Of a stretch of DNA of 64,000 nucleotides, positions 10,878-20,800 are shown in pieces. Under the pieces are notes generated by a model. It made no database searches and had not been told where the DNA came from. It saw nothing but the letters and a program-made list of their open reading frames with translations. The translations under genes and the position numbers were made by a program. Location of the stretch: positions 34,045 through 98,044 of the IMG/VR virus record IMGVR_UViG_3300025141_016680. One strand, 5' to 3'. This DNA comes from a virus. Position 1 is the first letter of the stretch, and each line of letters starts with the position of its first letter.

Positions 10878-11597
10878 CTACTGATCTTCTTTCTTGGCGA
10901 TAAATCCTCTAGCTCTTACAAGGTTTATTGTTGAAATCTGCCTCATCTCAGCCCAATCTCTATCATTAACTGACACAGAGTTTATGTTGTATCTATAACA
11001 TACAGTGTCTATATACTTTCTCTTATTTGAAACGCTTAATATCGGCAACATTAAGGCTTGATCATATCCACGCTTGAACCATTTTAACTCTTCGTCCTTA
11101 AAATTTTTATCAGATATTTTTTTTAACAGTGCACACCTGAACGTTCTTAAATGAGAACTGCACCATGGCCAAAAATACGGATCTACATTGTCTGGCATAT
11201 CATTTGATATATTGCTTCCGTTTATATCCCATTCATGAGCAGTCCAAACAACATCGCTACCATTACTATACTCATTATTAACAATTGACACAGCATCGTT
11301 ATTGCACAAAAAATCATCTCCATCAATTGTTGCGATAATGACATTATCAGCAACATCCTGAAACAGTCTAGATGTTTCAACAATATTTCTTAATGCAAAC
11401 TTTTTAACTGAATTTTTTCTACACGAAAACCTGCTGTCGTTTGTGCAAATTTCAATCATTTTTTTCCAGGTATCATCTTCTGACATGTCATCAACCATAA
11501 TACATGTCCATCGATCATCAGACTGAGACTGTAATGATGAAGCAAGCTTGTCAAGATTTCTTTCTGCATTAAAGCATGGAACTACAAATATTATCAC
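10878..11597 (-). CDS. Glycosyltransferase family 2
   Basis: VVPCFNAE, VDDMSEDDT, IDGDDFL. Confidence 0.9.
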   Translation of the reverse strand: MIIFVVPCFNAERNLDKLASSLQSQSDDRWTCIMVDDMSEDDTWKKMIEICTNDSRFSCRKNSVKKFALRNIVETSRLFQDVADNVIIATIDGDDFLCNNDAVSIVNNEYSNGSDVVWTAHEWDINGSNISNDMPDNVDPYFWPWCSSHLRTFRCALLKKISDKNFKDEELKWFKRGYDQALMLPILSVSNKRKYIDTVCYRYNINSVSVNDRDWAEMRQISTINLVRARGFIAKKEDQ

Positions 11598-13519
11598 TTT
11601 TTATCAATCCAGTTTCTTATAATCTCTGGATTACCCTGTGACAATTTCATGTGCGGGGTCTTTTTTGAAAAATCTACCTTTGTATGAAAAATCCATCCGC
11701 CCATCTCATTTGCAAGCTTTTCTGCGAAATTATCCAATTCCTCATCTGTTGTCTCAGACCAGGGCTTATTAAAAAACATATTATTTTCAGCAGTGTCAGC
11801 CTGGCTTATATTGTATAGACTTTGCCAGTGCTTCGACCAGTAATTTTTATATGTTCTTATTTTTCGCTTAATATCGAACCATGAGTAATGATGAACGCTA
11901 GGAAGATTATTTGTCATCTCCTGAAACCACATCTGATAATTGCTCAATGCTTCCTTGTCAGAAAATGCTTGATTTCTCAGTGCATCACTTTCTCCGGTGT
12001 AAAAGTTTGCAAATTCAACTCTTTCAAACGTGTCACTTCGAATATAATCACAACCATCAGTACCAGGTAGAGAGTACATTTCTCCACTCTCATCGAACTT
12101 TCTAAGCTCTTTTGGAATGCCATGTGTGATGTGCGGTTTATTTCGACTAAATCTCCACTTCCACGGTGTGACATCTATTCTTATCTTTTCATGCCCACCC
12201 CAGTATTCAATTACGGGTAGTGCAAGAAGGTCTATATTTTTTGGAAGAATTTTTGATAAATTCGCAATCTTGTCATAATCGTCCTGATGAATAATCTCAT
12301 CTGAATCCTGCTGCCAGCAAAATTCACCCGTGCAGAGAACTCTTGCAAATGCTTTTTGTAATCCATCAAATACTGCAAATCTTGGATGATTCCAGTCCCT
12401 TACATTCTGGTGCACAAGTAGCTTTTCGTGCTTCTCTGTCAGCTTCTGAAGCTGCTCCCAGGTCCCGTCCTTGGAACCACCATCAACAACAACTACCTGG
12501 TCACAGAAGGCAAGCATGGACTTTATGCTCTCCACAAAGGGATAATTCTGCTCAATACAATTCAATGTGGTAGTATATCCACTGATTGTTGGCTGATATT
12601 CGATTATCTTCTTTATTTCATTCCAAAATCTTTTTCCTGCTGACTTGAGATAACCCTCAACAGCGTTTAAGTCAGCTGTATTAAACCACTCCTCATTAAT
12701 GTGCTGTACATTTTCATTTGTAATGATGTCACAGCCTAATAGCTTTGCCTCTATGATAAGCCGTGGACATGTATCCTTTCCCTTCGGTAGAAAGACTAGC
12801 GCTTTTGCCTGTGAAAGCCTTTCAAGCATATCCTTGTATGGAAGGTCCCAGAGAACCTCGTAGTCAAAATTCTTTTTCTTGCAAAGTGCCTCACCATCCT
12901 GTGTTCCCTTTATCCAGGATGTTGAACCTACAACAAGATACTTCTCTCGATTGACATCCTGCGCTTTTATTCGCAAGTAATCAATCTCACTAAAGAAATC
13001 AGAGTTGAATACAGATGATAGAACGGTATTTTTAATCTGCTCAAGAAATGGAAATGCCTGATGATACTTTTGCATCTGCTGCTCTGACATCCACCAAAGA
13101 GACTTTGCTCCATAGTAAAATGCTGAAACCATCTTTCCATACATTTGATTCTGACAGTCGCACGGCATGTTCTCTGCCTGCTCATGCTTTTCTGTTGATC
13201 TATACTTACAATATTTGTAATCAAACTCAATAATTGAATAATTTAAGTTTGCAACAATTGTTGGAATGAGATTCCAGTCCATTGATGAATAGTTTCCAAA
13301 AATCCAGTGCTTTCTTATTCCCTGTGACAGAAGTTCTGCTGTCACCTTGCTTGAGTGTAATTTAAAAACTTTATATGTCGATGAATCAATTATTGCATCA
13401 GTTGTTAATTCTGCTCCTCCAAGATGATCAGACGAGAACATATCTCCAACAAAGACAATGTCACAGTCATCTGGTACACTTGGAGGAGGCTCTATATTAA
13501 ATGGACTACGATTGAACAT
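11594..13519 (-). CDS. Two-domain glycosyltransferase (N-terminal GT-B + C-terminal GT2)
   Basis: GGAELT, DTCPRLIIEAKLLGC; then VVVDGGSKDGT, QQDSDEII. Confidence 0.85.
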   Translation of the reverse strand: MFNRSPFNIEPPPSVPDDCDIVFVGDMFSSDHLGGAELTTDAIIDSSTYKVFKLHSSKVTAELLSQGIRKHWIFGNYSSMDWNLIPTIVANLNYSIIEFDYKYCKYRSTEKHEQAENMPCDCQNQMYGKMVSAFYYGAKSLWWMSEQQMQKYHQAFPFLEQIKNTVLSSVFNSDFFSEIDYLRIKAQDVNREKYLVVGSTSWIKGTQDGEALCKKKNFDYEVLWDLPYKDMLERLSQAKALVFLPKGKDTCPRLIIEAKLLGCDIITNENVQHINEEWFNTADLNAVEGYLKSAGKRFWNEIKKIIEYQPTISGYTTTLNCIEQNYPFVESIKSMLAFCDQVVVVDGGSKDGTWEQLQKLTEKHEKLLVHQNVRDWNHPRFAVFDGLQKAFARVLCTGEFCWQQDSDEIIHQDDYDKIANLSKILPKNIDLLALPVIEYWGGHEKIRIDVTPWKWRFSRNKPHITHGIPKELRKFDESGEMYSLPGTDGCDYIRSDTFERVEFANFYTGESDALRNQAFSDKEALSNYQMWFQEMTNNLPSVHHYSWFDIKRKIRTYKNYWSKHWQSLYNISQADTAENNMFFNKPWSETTDEELDNFAEKLANEMGGWIFHTKVDFSKKTPHMKLSQGNPEIIRNWIDKK

Positions 13520-13577
13520 TTATGGCGCTCCACAAAGAGATTTTACAGCTCAATTTAGAGAAGTTTATAAAATATTG

Positions 13578-14891
13578 CTACCCAGCATGGTAGGTGCATG
13601 CTATCAGCTTTGTAGTCTCTGACTCCTGTGACCAATCAACTGCTTCTAGTGCCTTTGCAACTGTGTAGTTGTGAAGGAGATCGTCAGATTGCTTCATACC
13701 ATGACCGGCAACATTTGATGAGCAAATATAGTCACCTGTTGATATATTTCCGCCCTCAGAGCAGACAAGTATGTTTCCATCACCAACTGCGTAGACTTGA
13801 TGTGATATTGATCCATCCATGTCCTCTAACTCTCCTGAGTAGACTCCGATCACAGCTCTATCATTTGCAGATGTTGTCATGCTCATATTATAGTGTATGT
13901 GTCTGTTAGTTTTTTCGATGCTATCAACCTTCAACAAAATTCCGTAATTACGAGCGTCTTCGTCCTCTACAGTTCCAAAGTGACCACCTGTAAATTGATT
14001 ATATGAAACTGTGGAGCCGGTGAAAGTGATATTTCCTATCTCTGTCCCATCGCCATCACGGAAACTCATTGCAGTGTTTGTTCCTGAGCTTCCTGTTGTC
14101 CCACAGTCTATGCGAATGCCCCTTCTGTTTGTATTATCTCCATGGTGCTTGACATAGAATCCATAGTTGTTTGTAAAGTCTGTCTGGACCTGAACTCTTC
14201 CAATACTTCCAAACGTGGTGACACCTGCTGCGCTGTCTAGAAATCCCATCTTGCCACCGCTCACACCTGCTTGCACATAGAAGGCATGGGTATTACTGGT
14301 GGCTTCGACACGAAAATTGTTGGAACCGTTGGCTTCTTCATTTATGACAACGCCGGTGGAGTCAACATTGAGGGCTTGCGCATTTGTACTTTCGATAATT
14401 GTTTCAAAGGCAGTATTACCCTTGTTGATGTAGATTGTGTTTGCGCTAGAGTCTATAAAAAATGCCTCATCCTCTCCATCTGTCTCAATTCTAAAGTCTA
14501 CATTGGCGTTGCTATCCTGATTAAAAATTGCACCGCCTGGGCCTATTGTCATTACAACATCATCATCGTTGTGGAATGACGCTGTGAAGTCATTCTCGCC
14601 TTTATTAATATAAAAGCTGTTTTGACTGGCATCGAGGAATAGTGCCTCATCCTCTTTATCAGACTCTACCCTGAAATCTACAATGTTGCTTCCTCCTTCG
14701 TTGACGACTACAGTTGCGGTGCCGTCGCCAGCATCGAGTGTTATGCATTCAAGAAGAGTGCCGTCATTAATTTGAGAGAGCTTCATATCGGCGTCTTCTA
14801 AGACGATACCTCCGGAAGGCTTAATCGCACCCGTCACATTCAATGAAGAGACGTTTCCAGAAACATAAAGATTGTTTGTAACTAAAGCCAT
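13578..14891 (-). CDS. Tail fibre/spike-like protein with a C-terminal intramolecular-chaperone-like domain
   Basis: Repeated INE..DFRVE/IE beta units; C-terminus FTGGH...GDYICSSNVAGHGMKQSDD...TVAKA...IACTYHAG, typical of phage fibre ends. Confidence 0.7.
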   Translation of the reverse strand: MALVTNNLYVSGNVSSLNVTGAIKPSGGIVLEDADMKLSQINDGTLLECITLDAGDGTATVVVNEGGSNIVDFRVESDKEDEALFLDASQNSFYINKGENDFTASFHNDDDVVMTIGPGGAIFNQDSNANVDFRIETDGEDEAFFIDSSANTIYINKGNTAFETIIESTNAQALNVDSTGVVINEEANGSNNFRVEATSNTHAFYVQAGVSGGKMGFLDSAAGVTTFGSIGRVQVQTDFTNNYGFYVKHHGDNTNRRGIRIDCGTTGSSGTNTAMSFRDGDGTEIGNITFTGSTVSYNQFTGGHFGTVEDEDARNYGILLKVDSIEKTNRHIHYNMSMTTSANDRAVIGVYSGELEDMDGSISHQVYAVGDGNILVCSEGGNISTGDYICSSNVAGHGMKQSDDLLHNYTVAKALEAVDWSQESETTKLIACTYHAG

Positions 14892-14894
14892 GAT

Positions 14895-17800
14895 TTATTC
14901 CTCTATCTCCTCAAGCATCATCTTGAATCTCTTTCCTGTCTTATTGTTGACAACACATAGGTAATCCTCTTCCTCAACGATTGTCCAGTTGCCTCTCTCA
15001 TTCTTAAGATGAAGGTCTGCTGTGTAGACGTTTGCCCATCGAGTCGCATCTGATCCTATATTGTAAACATTGTGGGTGCCTGGTAAGACATCACCGTTGA
15101 AAATTGCAGCTGTTGAGAGTGTTCCCGCTGATGACCCGGTCGGGCCGACCCTAAGTGTTCCGCTTATAACTGCATCGCCTCCGAGAACAGTTGTTCCTCT
15201 TAGTCCTGCGCTACCTTGTGAACCAACAACGCCGGTGACATATAGAATTGTATCATCACCAGTTATTCTCGGAGCTCCGATGAGAACCTCACCTGAGGCG
15301 CTGGCTACCAGCGTATATACTGGAGGTAGTACTCCGTTAGCAACTTGATGTGCAGCTCTAAATGTACCACTTACAATGGCATCACCTCCGAGAACAGAAG
15401 TTCCTTTAACAGAGCTACCTTGTGAACCAACAACTCCTGTAACATAGAAGATCGAATCAGTGCCTGGGGCGAATGGTTCTCCTACGAATACATTTCCATC
15501 GTGAGTAATTCTCATTCTCTCAGTGAGATCAGCATCATCATCTGTGTTTGTTGCAAATGTGAGATTTGTATCGCGTTTTGTTGTTGTTGTTCCCGCAGAT
15601 GAGTCTCTTTCTGCACGAATTGCAGCACCTATCGCATCTATATCAATCTCTGAGGAGACATCGAATGCTATTCCTGCAAACTCATCTATTCCAACAACCC
15701 TATTCTTTAGAACCAGTGTGAAGTCATTGAGTGTGTTTTCTGGCATTGACGGATTACTTGCTGACATCTCAACCATCAGACGGCCGTAAGGTGCTCCTGT
15801 GCTCGCTATTCCGATGCCGACACGATCATCATACCCATTAACGTAAAGCATGTGTGTGCTGTTTTTAGACTCAACTCTAAAATCGACTTGTTGATCTCCA
15901 TCTTCATTGATGATAACTGATGGTCTTGTAATACCTGTCATTCTCAATACATCGCGAGAAGTACCGCCATCATTAATATTAAAGATAATGTCTTTGTTTT
16001 GTGTTGTATTGTAGATGTTCCAATCACCAGAATTTCCATGAGAAAATTGTAGAGGATAAGTTCCAGCATCTTTAAGATAGACGTCACCCCCATCTACATC
16101 TAATATGATATCCCCTGCAACATCAATAGTGAGATCGCCAGAACTTAGATCTATTTCTGTTCCGTCGATTGTAATGTTGTCGACCTTCACTCCGCCGTCG
16201 GCGGTAAGCACCCCATCGACATCAAGTGTACCGGTTATTAGCATCTCAGACACGGTGCCAGACAGATAGAGATTATTGCTTATGAGAACACTATCTGATG
16301 AAATATGTGTCTGTGTGCCCTTAATTGACCCTGTCAACGTGATGTCAGAGACATTTCCAGAGAGATAGGTTCCAGCTGGCCCGACTGATAGAATCGTGGT
16401 TCCATTAGCCTGGAGTGCGACGCTGGAAGCACCATCTAGTGTGAGTGAGCCTGTTGACTCTATCTCTGTTGCGACAGACGACTCGATGACCTTCGATGCG
16501 CTGTTCTTAATCGTTCCAGTTAGATTGAAATCTGAAACTGATCCAGAGAAGTGTGCATTGTCTGTGGTTGCCAGCTTGGCGACTGTGAGCAGATTAGAAG
16601 TTTTGTTGAATACGAGACCTGAATCTCCAGCAAATGCTCCACCATCATTAAATTGAACCTGGGTATCTGATCCCGCTGGAGTTCCACCGGTTGCTGAAAT
16701 TGTTAAAGCACCTGATGAACCCGTATTAATTGTGACATTTGTTCCAGCGATAAGATATTCAGATCCATTGGCCAAAGTTGTTAGCGATCCACTTAGTTTG
16801 TCAGCAAAGACTGAACCTGAGAGGTACATGCTATTATCGACCTTGATCGAATCAGCAGATATATGTGTCTGTGTGCCTTTAATAGATCCTGTCAGTGTGA
16901 TATCAGAGACATTTCCAGAAAGATAGGTTCCGGCTGGACCAACTGACAAGATCGTGGTTCCATTTGTCTGAAGGTTGACACCTGTTTTTCCGTCTAGTGT
17001 GAGAACACCAGCTGTTGTCTCTATCTCAGTTGCCACAGAGGACTCTATGACCTTAGAAGCACTATTTTTAATAGTTCCTGTCAGTGCGAAATCTGAGAGA
17101 GATGATGAGAGATAGAGGCCGTTTGTGATACCAACACCGATGCTCACATTTCTTTGATCATCGATAGCTATTACAGTTGTTCCATCTTCCTGAAGATTTA
17201 TACCTGTCTTACCATCTAGTGTTAGAATACCCGCATCAGTTTCTATCTCTGTTGCAACTGAAGATTCGATAATCTTGGTTGCACTGTTTTTAATAGTTCC
17301 TGATAGTGCAAAGTCTGATACAGATCCTGAAATGTGCATATTTCCGTCAAATAGAGACGGTGCAAGTATATGCATGTTTCTTCCATGTGCACCTGAGACA
17401 AGAAGTCCCTGCTGAATGTATGCACTACCTGAAATCGATAGTGAGCCAGTTGATGTTGCATCTATCTCTGCGACAATCTTCTCTGCATAAAATGTTCCAG
17501 AGACGATAACATCGCCACCAAAAACAGCTGATCCTGTATTTGATGTGTTTCTTGATCCCGCTGTACCGCTTACAAAGAAAAATACGTCAGATCCCACATC
17601 AGTCGTATCATATATTAACCCTAATCCTGGCCCTGCTATAGAAAGAGAGCCTGTGGAAGTTGCCTTATGACCTCTATCATTGAAGACAGTACTACTTCCG
17701 CCGCCAGCGATTCCGGTGAATGTGATAGTGTCACTGGTGGCATTTGTTGTGATTACCATGTTTTGTGCTGCAGCAAAGGTGATTGTATCACCTGACTGAT

Positions 17801-20800
17801 CTGCGACAACATCATCCTGTCCAGATACTGCTACTGTTCCAAATGCATTGCTTGCTGCACCAAGGTTGAGTGTAACTGATCCATCTGAACCTGTCGTTAT
17901 GGCAAGACCACCGTGTCCAACCAGATATGGATTTCCATTTGCCAAAGTTGTTAGTGATCCACTTAGCTTATCAGCAAAAACTGATCCTGATAGATGCAAT
18001 TCACTTTGAATAGCTCCGGACACGTAAATATCAGGTGGTGCAACACCTAGCGTATTTGAACCGCTCAAATCACCAATTGTAATTGATCCTGAATTTAGCT
18101 TAATGTATGAACTACCGCTGTGCTGGAGATCAACTCCTGCTGCCCCATCCAGTGTCAGGGTGCCTATAGCTGTTTCGATCTCTGTTGCGACTGAGGACTC
18201 TATAACCTTGGCAGCACTGTTCTTAATTGTACCAGTAAGTGAGAAATCAGAGACTGAAGATGAGAGATACATTCCTGCAGGTCCAACTGATATAATTGTT
18301 GTCCCATTGGCCTGTAAGTTGACACCGGTCTTTCCATCAAGTGTAAGTGCTCCAGCATCTGTCTCAATCTCTGTTGCGACTGAGGATTCAATTATCTTAG
18401 CGGCACTATTTTTAATTGTGCCTGTTAGGGAAAAGTCTGACACAGATCCTGAAAGATAGGTTCCAGCAGGTCCAACTGAAAGAACTGTTGTACCGTTGGC
18501 TTGCAAGCTGACACCGGTTTTGCCGTCTAATGTAAGTGCTCCAGCAGCTGTCTCAATCTCTGTTGCGACTGATGACTCAATGACTTTCGATGCTGAATTT
18601 TTAATTGTTCCTGTTAGAGCAAAGTCTGACACAGATCCTGAAAGATGTGCATTGTCTGTTGTGTGTAGTTTTGCTGCTGTTAATAAGTTAGAAGTCTTGT
18701 TAAATGTTAGACCAGAATCTCCACCAAAAGATCCTCCGTCATTAAACTGAACCTGTGTATCGTCGCCGCCAACTCCAAGCCCTGTGGCTGAAATTGTCAG
18801 AGCTCCGCTTGAGCCTGTGTTAATTGTGATATTTGCACCGGCGATCATGTACTCGGTGCCGTCGGCTAGTGTTGTTAGAGATCCGCTTATCTTATCTGCA
18901 AAGACCGCACCTGAAAGATGCAGCTCACTGAGAATGGCACCTGAGACGTATATGTTCGGTGGTGCAACTCCAAGTGTCTTTGAGCCACTGAGATCGCCCA
19001 GGACAATTGACCCTGAGTTGAGTTTGATGTATGCACTTCCGCTATGTCGTAATTCAACGCCTCCGGCGCCATCTACATTAAATGATCCGCCTAGTGTCTT
19101 AATTGTGGTTCCAGCAGAAGCCTCTAGTGCAACAGCTGTATCACTCTTTATTGTTCCTGTGACAAGGAAGTCAGAGACTGATCCAGAAAGATAGACGCCC
19201 TTGGGACCAACCGAGAGTATCTGTGTTCCGTTAGCCTGGAGTGAGACGCCTGCCTTACCATCTAATGTCAGGGCACCAGCATCTGTCTCAATTTCTGTTG
19301 CGACTGAGGACTCTATGATCTTAGAAGCACTGCTCTTTATTGTGCCAGAAAGTGTAAAGTCAGAAACTGAGCCTGAGAGATAAATTCCCTGTCCGGCGGC
19401 TCCAACTGTTACGTTTCTCTGATTATCAATAGCTATTACAGTTGTCCCATCTTCTTGAAGATTTACCCCAGTTTTTCCATCTAGAGTTAATGCACCGGCA
19501 TCTGTCTCAATTTCAGTTGCGACTGATGATTCTATGACCTTGGCAGCACTATTCTTAATGGTTCCTGTGAGTGCAAAGTCTGACACAGATGATGAGAGAT
19601 AAGTTCCAGCAACCCCAATAGAAAGAACTGTGGTACCGTTAGCCTGGAGATTTACTCCAGTTTTTCCATCTAGGGTTAGAGCACCTGCATCTGTTTCGAT
19701 CTCAGTTGCGACTGAGGATTCTATGACCTTTGATGCTGAGTTCTTAATGGTTCCTGTGAGTGCAAAGTCTGACACAGATGATGAGAGGTAGGTTCCGGCG
19801 GGTCCAACTGATAATATTGTTGTTCCATTTGCCTGGAGAGCGACGCTAGATGCTCCATCTAGTATGAGTGATCCTGTCGACTCTATTTCTGTTGAAACAG
19901 ATGATTCGATAACTTTAGCTGCGCTATTCTTAATTGTTCCTGTGAGTGCAAAGTCTGAAACTGATCCAGAGAGGTGAATCTGTTTACCTGCTGAACCAAT
20001 TAGTACATTTCTACCTGTGTCAATGACTATTACATTGGTTCCATCTTCTTGGAGATTTATCCCAGTCTTACCATCCAGTGTCAGCGCTCCAGAATCGGTC
20101 TCAATTTCTGTCGCAACAGAAGACTCTATGATCTTAGATGCACTATTTCGTATTGTTCCTGTTATTTCTAATCCAGAAACGGATCCTGAGATGTATACAC
20201 CCTCTGGTCCAACAGAGAGCATTGTTGTGCCATTTGTCTGTAGGTTGACACCGGTCTTTCCGTCTAGTGTCAGTGACCCAGCATCTGTTTCGATCTCTGT
20301 TGCAACAGATGATTCGATGATCTTAGATGTGCTGTTTCTAATTGTTCCAGTTAGCAAGAATCCTGATACTGATCCCGAAAGATAAACACCTGCAGGCCCA
20401 ACTGCGAGCATCTGTGTTCCGTTGGCCTGGAGTGCAACGCTGGAAGCACCGTCTAATGTAAGCGATCCTGTCGACTCTATTTCTGTTGCAACAGAAGACT
20501 CTATAACCTTTGATGCTGAATTCTTGATTGTTCCTGTGAGTGCGAAATCTGATATAGATGACGAGAGATAGGTTCCTGCTGGGCCAACAGAAAGAACTGT
20601 TGTTCCATTGGCTTGGAGATTTACCCCAGTTTTTCCATCTAGAGTTAATGCACCGGCATCTGTCTCAATTTCAGTTGCGACTGATGATTCTATGACCTTG
20701 GCAGCACTATTTTTTATTGTGCCTGTGAGCGCAAAGTCAGAGACAGATCCTGAAAGTTGAATCTGCTTGCCTGCTGTGCCAATTATTACATTTTGCCCGT

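Noticed and set aside
2-13519. Ordinary bacterial O-antigen or capsule locus
   Set aside because: No flippase, polymerase, chain-length or initiating transferase gene in view, and the context is phage-like; it cannot be fully excluded beyond the left edge.
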